NCBI GenBank assembly: GCA_027339965.1
Contig: DAHWNL010000082.1
Coordinates: 1-64,000, forward strand
Source: Granulicella sp.
GTDB taxonomy: Bacteria > Acidobacteriota > Terriglobia > Terriglobales > Acidobacteriaceae
Direction of reading: 5' to 3'
DNA: 64,000 nt
This document shows, piece after piece, positions 19,843 through 29,127 of this stretch. Each line of letters begins with the position of its first letter. Positions within the stretch are counted from its first letter, which is position 1. A model generated the notes under the pieces. It worked only from the letters and a program-made list of their open reading frames with translations. It did no database searches and had not been told where the DNA came from. A program made the position numbers and the translations under genes.

Positions 19843-19883
19843 GGCACAGCGGTTCGGCCTGGAAGGTCAGGCTTCCGTGCCAT

Positions 19884-19925
19884 CCCACCCTTCGCGCAAC
19901 CTGCCGCGCGAAGGGTGGGGCGCCC
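19884..19925. repeat. REP-like palindrome
   Basis: 14-bp stem CCCACCCTTCGCGC/GCGCGAAGGGTGGG with a GCGCCC tail; same architecture as 38049 and 45683. Confidence 0.6.
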
Positions 19926-19954
19926 GGCGGTTTTGCTCAGGGTTGGGAGCCAGC

Positions 19955-20024
19955 GCCAGATCTGCGGCGCCAGATCTGCGGAACTAGATCTGCGGAACTA
20001 GATCTGAGGCGCTAGATCTGAGGT
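19955..20024. repeat. Five tandem 14-bp repeats including the capsid stop codon
   Basis: GCCAGATCTGCGGC, GCCAGATCTGCGGA, ACTAGATCTGCGGA, ACTAGATCTGAGGC, GCTAGATCTGAGGT. Confidence 0.9.
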
Positions 20025-21352
20025 ACTGGGCAACCCTGAACGTAGAACTGATCCTTGGGATCCGAGCAGACCAACTGCAGGCCGCACTCGTAGCCGAAGG
20101 TGATGGAGTCGTAGTAGGTATACCCGCTGGTCGCCGCCGGAGTGGGAGCGATGGTATTGCCCGGGGTCCACTCATGCAGGCGAGTGTCAAACAGCACGCC
20201 GACGTACCAGTCCTTGGGATTGAAGCGCTGGATCTGGGTGGGATCGGCGGTGCTGGAGTAGACGACGGGACGCCCGAAGAGAGTCTTCTGCATGAACTTC
20301 TTCGAGGTGTCCACCACCGTGTCGCCGTCCTGGTCCAGGCGGGTGATGCCTGGGTTGTAGTAGTTATTGGAGGCGGCGACGCCCTGAGCGAAGTTCGTGT
20401 AGTAGAACTCGTTGGCGTCGTCCGGCTCTTCCTCGCCGTGGCCGTCGCCGCGGGCGCGCGCAATAAGCGCCTCAATGCGCTGCGCCATGGCGCTGGTGAT
20501 GGCTCCGGAGCCGTTCAGGTTGATGGTCGGCGTGGAGAGCCGGCCGGGATAGAGCGCCTTGTTGATGCCGGCGATGGTGCCGGTGGATCCGTTGGCGATC
20601 CAGTACTTGGAGCCGTAGATGGAGCTGCCGGCGGCTCCGGTGGCGCCCATCACCACCAGGATGTTGCCGGTGGCTGTTCCGGCAGGCAACACGGTGGAGA
20701 ACCAGAGCGTCTGCGCCACCGGATCCACATAGCTGATGGTGGCCGTGCCCAGAGCGGTTCCACCCACCGCAGGCAGAATCTGGATCACCTGCTGATCGGT
20801 GAAGCCAGCCACCGTGGTCAGGCCGCTGATGTAGCTGGTCTGCGCGCCGGCGCCGGAGCCGGAGCTGACGGTGGCGGTGGAGGGAATGCTGGCGATGGTG
20901 CCGGAGCCGTCCCCGTTGAACAGGCCCTCGATGCCGTTCTCAAAGGAGCGCAGGCTCTGCTTCATCTCCTCCTTGTTCACCTTCACCAGGCCGCGGTCTT
21001 TGCCGTCAGTGGCCTGCTGGGTCAGGTTGGAGATCTCGCAGGTGTTGATGATGCGCACCGGAGCGGCGACAAAGGCGTCCGTGGTGGAGCCGGTGCCGCG
21101 CGGCCACATGGCGATGCTGCTGGAGGTGTCGGCGGCGAACTGCTGAATGCCGGCCCCGCCCTGGGCGCGGAATGGCACCCGCAGCGGCTGGCGCTGCACG
21201 CCGCCGGCGCTGGTCATATTGCTGATGGGGACCTTCTTGCCGTCCTTCATCAGGCGCTGCTGCAACTTGTTGAAGCGGGCCTGATAGTCGGGAATCTGAT
21301 CCACGAATGCTTCCAGTTCTACCGCCTCATACGCTAACTCTGTAACTGGCAT
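20012..21352 (-). CDS. Major capsid protein (HK97 fold, P22-coat-like)
   Basis: 446 aa after the scaffold; helix ending FENGIEGLFNGDGSG; C-terminal ECGLQLVCSDPKDQ; followed by a terminator. Confidence 0.8.
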   Translation of the reverse strand: MPVTELAYEAVELEAFVDQIPDYQARFNKLQQRLMKDGKKVPISNMTSAGGVQRQPLRVPFRAQGGAGIQQFAADTSSSIAMWPRGTGSTTDAFVAAPVRIINTCEISNLTQQATDGKDRGLVKVNKEEMKQSLRSFENGIEGLFNGDGSGTIASIPSTATVSSGSGAGAQTSYISGLTTVAGFTDQQVIQILPAVGGTALGTATISYVDPVAQTLWFSTVLPAGTATGNILVVMGATGAAGSSIYGSKYWIANGSTGTIAGINKALYPGRLSTPTINLNGSGAITSAMAQRIEALIARARGDGHGEEEPDDANEFYYTNFAQGVAASNNYYNPGITRLDQDGDTVVDTSKKFMQKTLFGRPVVYSSTADPTQIQRFNPKDWYVGVLFDTRLHEWTPGNTIAPTPAATSGYTYYDSITFGYECGLQLVCSDPKDQFYVQGCPVPQI

Positions 21353-21522
21353 ATTTTTGCCCTTCCGGAGCAATGGGATAGGCCGCAGGCGGGCCCAACC
21401 TGCGGCTTGCCTGCGCCTTCGCGATGTCTCTGTTGTCTCTGGGTGCTACGAAAGGCCGGAAGGCGACGCGTTTAACGAGGTAGCGATCTCGCACCTGCGG
21501 CTTCAAAAAAATCTCTACTCCA

Positions 21523-22941
21523 CTACGCGGGCCGAACCCACTTCACGCGGTTCCCGTTCTTCAGGGTGTAGATCCCGTTCCACTGGTCCGCCTCCGGCGT
21601 GCGGCGGTAGTCGATCTGATCGGGAGATGGCTTGGCGCTCACAATCGTCGGAGCCCCGCTGCGGGCATCGCCCTGCCGCGCCGTGGGCTGCACCCGTCGG
21701 GACTGGACCTGCGCCGCGCCCAGGAAGCGGCCATAACGCGCCTTGACGACTCCTTCCACCACGGTCTTGTAGTGACGGTTGATGGCGGCCTTGACGAAGT
21801 TCGCCACCGTGGCCGGATCCGGGTTCTTCTGCTTGTGGTAGATGCCCATCTGCTTCAGGTAGGCGGTGTCGGCCTGCCCCAGCTCCTTGAGCCGGGAGCG
21901 AAAGGCATGGAACAGATCTTCTGTCGCGGCCGCATCCAGGCGAAGTCTGGAGGCGAAGGGACGAAAGGCTTCCTCCAGCTTCTGCTTCTCGTAGCCGGCC
22001 ACCTGGGGAATGATGTGGTTGCTCCAGTGGGCCTGCTGCTGTTGCCGCTCGAAGCGGCTGCGCTCCAACTCGAAGGCGCGGCGCTCGGGATCGAGGGGAG
22101 CGGACTTGAGGCTGGCCGCCTTCTCCTCGGTCGTGCGGTAGAACTGCGCAATGCTGCGCAGCAGTCTTCCGACGGAGTCCAGCTTTGCCTTGTCGTCCAG
22201 ATGCGCGGCGTTCATCACCTCCACCATGCGGCTCAGGTCGGCGGTGAGGGACGCTCCGGCCAGGGTGGTCATCAGGTGCGGCAGCATGGCGGAGGAGAAG
22301 GCCTCCGGGTCAGCGCGCTGGACGCGGTCCAGAAAGGCGGGCGCGAGCTTGGCCAGGCCGGCGTCGAACTCCGGGCCCAGGACGTCCAGCGCTCGCGGGT
22401 CGCCGGTACCCAGCGCCTGGTCCAGAGCATCGGACTCGGCCGCACGCTCCTGAAGATCGGCGACGGCTTCCGCGCCGCCGACGCTCTCCAGCAGCGCATA
22501 CTTCTGGCGGATGCCGTTGATCCCCTCGGGGTCAATCTGGGCGATCTGCTGCGCCTTGTAAAAGTCGGCGCGAACTTGTTTGGCGAACTTCTGGCTCTCG
22601 GGCGTCGCCTCCAGTCGCTTCAGCCACTCGCGGAACTCCCGCGAGCCAGGGCCGGCTTCGTCCTTCTCTTCCTCGGCGCCGGTCTGCGGATCTCCGTCCT
22701 CATCAACCGCGTCTGCCTCTGCCGGACCTGCGCCGGCTTCGGAGGCTCCCGGCCCGTCGATCTCTGCGGGGTCAGCCTCGGATGCTGCGAAGCCCGAGCT
22801 GTCCGAAGCCGACGACTCGGACAGGGCAACGGCCGCATCCTCTGCCTGCGCCCACAGCCAGGCCAGTACGCCACCGTGGTTCGTTGCCGCTGTGTCTGGA
22901 ACTTCGATCGCGCGTGGAACTTCCATCTCTCTGATCTCCAT
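21523..22941 (-). CDS. Capsid scaffolding protein
   Basis: Acidic low-complexity N-terminus, helical charged body, directly upstream of the capsid gene; start uncertain. Confidence 0.65.
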   Translation of the reverse strand: MEIREMEVPRAIEVPDTAATNHGGVLAWLWAQAEDAAVALSESSASDSSGFAASEADPAEIDGPGASEAGAGPAEADAVDEDGDPQTGAEEEKDEAGPGSREFREWLKRLEATPESQKFAKQVRADFYKAQQIAQIDPEGINGIRQKYALLESVGGAEAVADLQERAAESDALDQALGTGDPRALDVLGPEFDAGLAKLAPAFLDRVQRADPEAFSSAMLPHLMTTLAGASLTADLSRMVEVMNAAHLDDKAKLDSVGRLLRSIAQFYRTTEEKAASLKSAPLDPERRAFELERSRFERQQQQAHWSNHIIPQVAGYEKQKLEEAFRPFASRLRLDAAATEDLFHAFRSRLKELGQADTAYLKQMGIYHKQKNPDPATVANFVKAAINRHYKTVVEGVVKARYGRFLGAAQVQSRRVQPTARQGDARSGAPTIVSAKPSPDQIDYRRTPEADQWNGIYTLKNGNRVKWVRPA

Positions 22942-23108
22942 GTCTCTGACTCTCTTTTCCCGCCTCTGGTCTTCCCGCCTCTGGTCTTCCCGCTTCTGGC
23001 TCATCTGTCTCTGGTGTCTCTGCCGCCTCTTGATGTCTCTGGCTTTTCTGCCGTCTCTGGATAGGTGTTCGTCGTCTCGGCTGCGCGCCCCGGCCGGCCG
23101 ATGCTGTC

Positions 23109-23885
23109 TTACTTCACCAGCTTGGATGGAACGGCGAATCCCATCGCCACGCTGGGAGGCTCGATCGGAGCATCCGGCCCCTTGGGCATGGGCGGCAAGG
23201 AGAGCAGGCCTTTGAGCCGCGTGAAGGGATGGTCCAGCAACTCGCCCAGGGGCCGTTCGGCGATCCACTCGTCGGCTCTGCCGGCCAGCGAGTTGTCGGG
23301 CGGAGGAACGGCCAGCAACTGGCGGATGGGCCGCTCCAGCGCAGCCTTGGTGGTATCCCAGCGCTGCAGTTGCTCGGGGGTCATCACGGGCTTCAACTGG
23401 TCCTGCGCCTGGGTCAGGTCTTCGACCATGCGAGCCTGTTGCTCCGGGTTGTAGTCTCCAATGGACTTTTGCGGATCGGCCTGCAAGCCCGCCACGCCGC
23501 CGTAGTCATAGTCCTTGAGCAGCGGAGGTCCGGGAGCGAGGGATTGGATGGTGCGCAGAAAGTCTCCGTTGCGCGAGTTCTGGAAGACGTGTGTCGCCTC
23601 ATGCGCGGCCACCGGTTGGGTGTAGAGGCCGGGCTGAGCCACGTCGATCTTCTCCGCTCCCGGCTGCACATAGGCAATGGTTCCCGCAGAACCTTCGGCA
23701 TAAGCGCCGCTGGGGTCATAGCCCATCAGTGTCTGGATGGGCCGGGACGCTGCCCAGTCGGGAGCGCCTGCGTTGGTGGTCTGCTGCACCTGCTGTTGCA
23801 GGCGCTGCTGGGCGTTCTGCGACGTATTCGGGCGCAGGTTCGGAATGGATGGCGAAATCCCCATCACCTCAGCCTCCTGATGCAT
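23109..23885 (-). CDS. Zincin-like metallopeptidase-domain protein
   Basis: AAHEATHVFQ (HExxH) plus a downstream YNPEQQARMVED third-ligand motif. Confidence 0.65.
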   Translation of the reverse strand: MHQEAEVMGISPSIPNLRPNTSQNAQQRLQQQVQQTTNAGAPDWAASRPIQTLMGYDPSGAYAEGSAGTIAYVQPGAEKIDVAQPGLYTQPVAAHEATHVFQNSRNGDFLRTIQSLAPGPPLLKDYDYGGVAGLQADPQKSIGDYNPEQQARMVEDLTQAQDQLKPVMTPEQLQRWDTTKAALERPIRQLLAVPPPDNSLAGRADEWIAERPLGELLDHPFTRLKGLLSLPPMPKGPDAPIEPPSVAMGFAVPSKLVK

Positions 23886-23972
23886 GAATGTTCTTGGTTG
23901 TGTGGTGCTCGGAGGAGCACGACTCCGGCCATTGCGCGCTGTGCGGCCTCAGCGCAGCCCGGGCGAAAAGCC

Positions 23973-26648
23973 TCAGCGCAGCCTGCCCGAGCGATTGATC
24001 GCGCTGGTCTTCACCTTCACCGGCGTGCCATTGGGGTCAATCCCGATTTGCTCCACGGTGGTCTCGTGCGGCACCATTTGGGTCTGGGGGATGAAGTCCT
24101 CGGGCTTGGCGGCGACGCCCAGCGCGGTGAGCGCCTCGGCCTGCACGGCGGGCGGCAGCTTGTCCACGGCTACCGTCGCGCTGGCCTTCACCGGCAGAAG
24201 TTGAACGGGCGTCAGCTTCTCGGCCATCTCCTCATGCTGCCGCCAGTGCAGGAGAAGGTTCTGGTAGACGGCCTGCTGCTCGGGAGTTCCGTTCTTGAAC
24301 TTGCGGCCCTCGGGGGAGTTCAGCTTGGCCAGGGTGATGGCCGCCTCAACGGCGTGGTTCTCGCTGCCGTCCTGCGCTACCGGAACGCTGGAGACCAGCG
24401 GCTGCGTGCTCCTGAGTTGTTGCAGCCGGCTCTCCAGTTGCGGCAACTGCTGCTGTAACTGGACCAGCGTCTGTTGGCCCTGCGGCGTCTGCGCCTCGGG
24501 ATGGGTGAGGCCGCGCGCGATCAGTTGCCGGAGCGGAAGGATCTGCTCTTCCAGCTCCGCAATCGCCGGGTTCTCAATGGGCCCGGTGGAGGTGAGCAGC
24601 TCGAACTCGCCCTGCTGCTTCTCCACCGCGCCCAGGCCGGGAAGATGCAGCCCGCTGAGGCTGGGCATCTGGGCGAAGTAAGGAAGGTTCTGCACGTCGT
24701 TGACGATGGAGCGGTAGAGTTCGACGCTACTGCTGGCCTGGATGAGCGCGGCGGTCTGGGCCTCCTGCTCGGCCAGCGTCTGGGGGATCTCCAGGCTCTC
24801 GGCGTAGCAGAGCGCGTCGCCGCGCAGGTTCTCCAGCTCCACCACCAGGCGCTGCTGGCCGGGCGTGCGGCTGCGGATCCGGGTCTTGCGGTTGAGCGCG
24901 GCGGCCTTGGCCGCCTGCGTGGCGGAGCGGGCCAGCCCCTGGCAGATCTGCGACCACGGAGCGGAGAAGACCTGCAGGCTCTGGTCGCGGTTCAGCGCCG
25001 CCTCGCCCACGGTACCGGTCTGGCCCTGGCCGAACATGGCGGGTGTGGCGCCATCCATGGCCTCCGGAGCGCCGTTCACCAGCCACTGCACAAACTCCAT
25101 CAGGCCGGTGGTGGGGGTGGGCACATTCTCAATGCCGGTGATGTCCTGGATGCGCTGACCGGCCTCCAGCATCACCGGCGTCATGCGCGCCGGATCGTTG
25201 GTCTGCTGGTTGATGGCCTCCACGTCAATGGGGCCGCTGGCGGCAAAGCGGCGCGGCACGCAGCCCACAAAGTAGCGCACCAGCAGGCCGATGTTCTGGT
25301 TCAGAATCTTCTGCAGGGGCAGATAGTTGGCTCCGATGGAACGGCGGCTCTGCCCGTCGGAGACCCGTGGATGGCGGATTTCGATGTGATCGTCCAGACA
25401 CTCGTTGCGCACCAGGGCAAGCTGAGAGCCGGCGTGGGTCACGCGCAGCCCATCGGGAAAGTTTTCAAAGAACGCCGCGCGGGTGTGCTTGTCCTGGATG
25501 GCGTGGTACTGGCTGGGTCGGAACCAGGTGTGGGTCTCGGTGGCGTCCTTCATGCAGCTCGCGCCCGTAGCGCTGGAGTTCTGCACGGCCAGGCGGACGT
25601 TGATGCGCGCCATGCGGTCGAAGGAATCGCTGCCGCCGCCGGAGGACTGCCCGGCCTCGATCTTGTCCGCGACCCAGGGGTAGCGCTCGCGCAGGATGTC
25701 CACATCCTGCTCGGTGGAGATGCGCACCCACCCCATCTCATAGATGTCGTCGGCGTAGATGGGAACCTTGCTCTCCAGCACGCCGTAGGCAGAGGTGATC
25801 TCGCAGATGGCCGGCGCGTCGGCGGTCTCTTCCGGCTCGCTTGCGCTTGCAGCGTCCTCGCCGCTGGCAGCTTCTTCGCTCTCCGCAGCGTCTGCGCCGC
25901 CGGTTTGCGAAGCGGGGGCTGCGCCGCCGGCCAGAGCATTCTGCGCAGCGGCGCTAACGGAGGCTTCCAGCTCGGTCTCCGGCGTGACGCCCTCGGCCGG
26001 GCCCGCGCCAAAGACGCGCTCCTGCTCCGGCGTCTCCGTGCCCCAGCGCTGCTGGTCCGCCACCGAGCGGGTCCACAGGACCACGCGGCCGTCGGTGTAG
26101 AAGTAGCGGCAGACGCGGGCCAGCACGCTCTTGATGTCCGAGTCCAACTGCCACACCTTGACGTAGCGGTTGGCCTCCTCGGCGGCGGTCTGGTCCGGTG
26201 GGCTGTCCGGATCCTTGGGCATGAACTTCAGCCCCGGAACCTCGCGCCCCAGCGCCGCGGTGATCTTGTCCTCGCGGGCTCCATAGACGTTCACCGGAAA
26301 GAGCTTCATGGCGTTGCCGGTGGCCATGATGGAGGCGGGAGTGGCCGCGCCGCCGCCGCCGTAGAGCCCCATGCCCCGGGCTCCGTTGGTGAGGAACTGG
26401 TAGCCGCGGGAGAACAGACGCGCCTCCCAGGCCTGCAGCACCTCAAAGATCCGGGCGCTGCTGTCCTGCATGGAGGCCATGCGGGTCAGGTCCTCGACGG
26501 CGCCTTTGTAGCCGCCGAGCTGGTCGGGGCCGAAGATGGGCTCCGGAGAGACATCCACGGCGGCGTAGCGGCCTGGCGCTGGGTTCTGATCCGCAGACAG
26601 CGGTTCAAGTCGCAGGCCCGCGGGCCGTTGTGTGCTGTGTTTGCTCAT
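23973..26648 (-). CDS. Portal protein (P22-like, long)
   Basis: About 890 aa between terminase and scaffold; P..D..AAEEAN..VK, GATPAMFGQ..TVGEAALNRDQS and a coiled-coil C-terminal barrel. Confidence 0.8.
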   Translation of the reverse strand: MSKHSTQRPAGLRLEPLSADQNPAPGRYAAVDVSPEPIFGPDQLGGYKGAVEDLTRMASMQDSSARIFEVLQAWEARLFSRGYQFLTNGARGMGLYGGGGAATPASIMATGNAMKLFPVNVYGAREDKITAALGREVPGLKFMPKDPDSPPDQTAAEEANRYVKVWQLDSDIKSVLARVCRYFYTDGRVVLWTRSVADQQRWGTETPEQERVFGAGPAEGVTPETELEASVSAAAQNALAGGAAPASQTGGADAAESEEAASGEDAASASEPEETADAPAICEITSAYGVLESKVPIYADDIYEMGWVRISTEQDVDILRERYPWVADKIEAGQSSGGGSDSFDRMARINVRLAVQNSSATGASCMKDATETHTWFRPSQYHAIQDKHTRAAFFENFPDGLRVTHAGSQLALVRNECLDDHIEIRHPRVSDGQSRRSIGANYLPLQKILNQNIGLLVRYFVGCVPRRFAASGPIDVEAINQQTNDPARMTPVMLEAGQRIQDITGIENVPTPTTGLMEFVQWLVNGAPEAMDGATPAMFGQGQTGTVGEAALNRDQSLQVFSAPWSQICQGLARSATQAAKAAALNRKTRIRSRTPGQQRLVVELENLRGDALCYAESLEIPQTLAEQEAQTAALIQASSSVELYRSIVNDVQNLPYFAQMPSLSGLHLPGLGAVEKQQGEFELLTSTGPIENPAIAELEEQILPLRQLIARGLTHPEAQTPQGQQTLVQLQQQLPQLESRLQQLRSTQPLVSSVPVAQDGSENHAVEAAITLAKLNSPEGRKFKNGTPEQQAVYQNLLLHWRQHEEMAEKLTPVQLLPVKASATVAVDKLPPAVQAEALTALGVAAKPEDFIPQTQMVPHETTVEQIGIDPNGTPVKVKTSAINRSGRLR

Positions 26649-26778
26649 ACGCTGTTCCACCGTCTCCCCGGCTCCGCCTTTGGTGTGGATCGCATCCCCA
26701 GACGCCGCAAGACGCTGCAAGACGCTGAACGACCGCAGCCTGCGGCCCTCGCCGCCATGGCCGGCGTAGCGCGGTCTG

Positions 26779-26979
26779 TTAGCCGACCTGCCGCATCTTG
26801 CGGAAACCCTCGGCGGCGAAGGCGCGCCGGCGCAGCAACGGGTCTTTGGAGCGCTCGGCCGCCTTCAGCGTCTCGTCCGGAATCGGCTCTCCCAGCGGAA
26901 TGCCAAGCTGCTCATGCAGCGCTCCCTTCTTGATCTCGAAGGATCCCTTCTTGCCCAAATTCACGCGTTCCAACTTCAT
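26779..26979 (-). CDS. Small basic phage protein (portal-associated family)
   Basis: IKKGALHEQLGIPLGEPIP...RRRAFAAEGFRKM, a recurrent small phage motif. Confidence 0.65.
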   Translation of the reverse strand: MKLERVNLGKKGSFEIKKGALHEQLGIPLGEPIPDETLKAAERSKDPLLRRRAFAAEGFRKMRQVG

Positions 26980-27339
26980 GCTTGGCCTCTCTTTTCTTTC
27001 CGTGCGCGCAGGCGCAGGGTTGGTTGCCGCCGACAATCTCGTCCACCGCAAGGGCAGCGCACCACGGCCGGAGGGTTCCGGCTGGGTGCAGATGCATCGG
27101 CTTCTTCTGATTTCGGTTGTTGTTTTGATGAAACCGCCGGGCTCGGCAGGGCGCTGACTGCGCTGGATGTCTCTACTGCGTCGCGCGGTTCTCAAGGAGC
27201 CGCGAAGGATTGCATTCGAGACGAAAGGATTCTTTCTGAGCAACAGCTATCGCAAAGAGGCAATGGAGTAGCCCGCACCCCGGAAGGTTTCGGGGAGCCT
27301 CCTCGGCCGCCAGCCAGACCCCTGCGGGCTGCTTCCGCG

Positions 27340-27699
27340 CTAAAGCAGTGGCAGGAGATGCGTCTTCAGTTTCGTCAGATAGCCTTCGGCTTCCCTGACG
27401 TTCAGAGCCGTGAATTGAGGAGGCTCGTAGCGAGCGTTGTATCCGAAGTACTTCAGGTGAGCGTACTCGCTCTTCACCTTGCGGAGCTCGCTATCAGTGG
27501 CAACGCATCTGTCGCGCGTCGTATGCGAGCGGAGATGTTCATTTCGGTCCTTGGCGAGATAGGCCTCTACATAGTGCATCGCTGTATAGAAGGAGATCGT
27601 CAGCTTCCAATCGATTCTGGATTGGGAAGCAGTGTCCAGGAGGTCGTAAACCTCTTAATTTCCCTCCGCTTTGGCTACATGCTCGTCTCTGGTAGGCAC
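27340..27699 (-). pseudogene. HEPN-domain protein interrupted by an in-frame TAA
   Basis: GTG 27699: MPTRDEHVAKAEGN*EVYDLL...DWKLTISFYTAMHYVEAYLA...RSH..R...NARYE. The stop at 27655-27657 is in frame with both halves. Confidence 0.75.
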
Positions 27700-27704
27700 C
27701 GGAA

Positions 27705-28133
27705 CTATCCCTTGCGCGCAAAGACCACCTTCGCCGAAGACGAAATCTCGCCGGGCCTGCCCTGGGAGGACACCAGGTTGAAATCGAAGCTGGTGTCGGG
27801 GAAGGCATCGATGATTGCGAACTGCTTCTCGAAGATCCTTTCCCGAACCTCGGCTGAGGGTTGAGAGGCTACAACCCACACTAGCAGGTTACCTTCCGCG
27901 TGCTCCGTCAGTACATGCTGAACCGCATCGACCGCAGCAAAATCCAGGCCAATCGCGGTCTCAACGTCAGTGGCGACCGCGGACTGGATCCTCTCGCCGC
28001 TGCCTTCGCCGCTCTGCAGTCGAAGTTGTCTTTGGTAAATCTCGTAGGAGTCGACGCGAAAAGAGTGCCTCCCCTCGCCGTAGCGGGAGGGTGATGAGAG
28101 AACTGTGCCCATGACGCCCATCGCGAAAAACAT
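27705..28133 (-). CDS. MNT (minimal nucleotidyltransferase)-like partner protein
   Basis: LLVWVV...RERIFEKQFAIIDAFPDTSFDFNLV beta-alpha-beta pattern next to the HEPN gene; no clear GS/DxD motif. Confidence 0.5.
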   Translation of the reverse strand: MFFAMGVMGTVLSSPSRYGEGRHSFRVDSYEIYQRQLRLQSGEGSGERIQSAVATDVETAIGLDFAAVDAVQHVLTEHAEGNLLVWVVASQPSAEVRERIFEKQFAIIDAFPDTSFDFNLVSSQGRPGEISSSAKVVFARKG

Positions 28134-28140
28134 GACGAAC

Positions 28141-28422
28141 CTACTGTGCGGCTTTGCCCGGGGTGGCCGGAGTGATCCGCTTTCTTAAATCAGGATGAGG
28201 AGACACCCCGACGATGTTCTGAAATTGAAACTGATAAAGTGGATCGCCGCTGTCCGGGTTGGTTGCATCCAGCCTTATCGCCTCAACCAACACGAGCTTC
28301 GCCTTGACCTTCGAGCCGTCTGCGAGTGTGTATTCAGCCCAAGGTTCGGATGTGCTCTCTACCGTGACAGGCTCGCCGGTGACTGGGCTGTTGTTGAGGA
28401 TGTATGTCTGCTTTTGCGACAT
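28141..28422 (-). CDS. Small beta-rich hypothetical protein heading the HEPN cassette
   Basis: EPWAEYTLADGSKVKAKLVL...GDPLY.FQFQNIV; purine-rich RBS; lower GC. Confidence 0.7.
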   Translation of the reverse strand: MSQKQTYILNNSPVTGEPVTVESTSEPWAEYTLADGSKVKAKLVLVEAIRLDATNPDSGDPLYQFQFQNIVGVSPHPDLRKRITPATPGKAAQ

Positions 28423-28683
28423 AGCTTCTTCTTCCCCTTGCGGTTCAGAAAGGGTAGCACACCCTGTCCATAGCCGAGCTCTCTCAAGACAGTTCAAAAA
28501 GCGCAAAGCTGCGGCGGATGGCAACCGCATGGCTCTTGACGCGGCACCGTATGGGGAGGTCGTTCCACGAGCACCGTCCTTCGTCATTCCAGATGGACTG
28601 AAGATGCTGACATCATTTTACTCTGCTGCGGGTTGGTCGGTGCCGTTTCGGCTTTTTCCGCAGCGTGAACACCGCCTGCGTGT

Positions 28684-29106
28684 TCATCGCGCCGGCCATC
28701 CGTCGCCGTCATTCTCATCGCCATCCTCACCCAGGCCGTCACTGTCTGTGTCATCCTGGCCGTTGTCCGCCTCGCCCTTCACGCCGGACACCTGGGCTGC
28801 AAACCGGTGCGCCGCCTCGCGCGTCGGATGCTCCGTGTTATGCGCGTGGCCGTCATAGTGCTCCGCGTGGACGGTGTGCTTGCTGGCCGAGTGCAGGATG
28901 TTCACCTCGATCGCCGGGCCGTGACGGCGCGCGATCGCCGGACCATCGAACTCGGGCTGGGCTTGGCTGGCGGGCTCTTGCGCCAGCTCGGCAGGGCGCG
29001 CGGCAGGGCGCACAGCGGAGCGCGCGGCAAAGCGAGCATCGGCGCGCCGCGCCGTCTCCCGGTTGGTGTGACGCGATCCGTCTTTGGCGACAAAAGGGCT
29101 TGCCAT
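28684..29106 (-). CDS. Phage hypothetical protein (His-rich, acidic tail)
   Basis: AAGGAG RBS; lies between terminase and portal. Confidence 0.6.
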   Translation of the reverse strand: MASPFVAKDGSRHTNRETARRADARFAARSAVRPAARPAELAQEPASQAQPEFDGPAIARRHGPAIEVNILHSASKHTVHAEHYDGHAHNTEHPTREAAHRFAAQVSGVKGEADNGQDDTDSDGLGEDGDENDGDGWPAR

Positions 29107-29127
29107 CGGTATCTCTCCTTCAAAGGG

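Noticed and set aside
19955..20024. CRISPR array
   Set aside because: Contiguous 14-bp units with no spacers, and no cas genes.
24474..26933. 819-aa plus-strand ORF and similar long antisense ORFs (17280, 20174, 21772, 30050, 41417, 47833, 57198, 60891)
   Set aside because: Shadows of GC-rich genes on the opposite strand, with no motifs.
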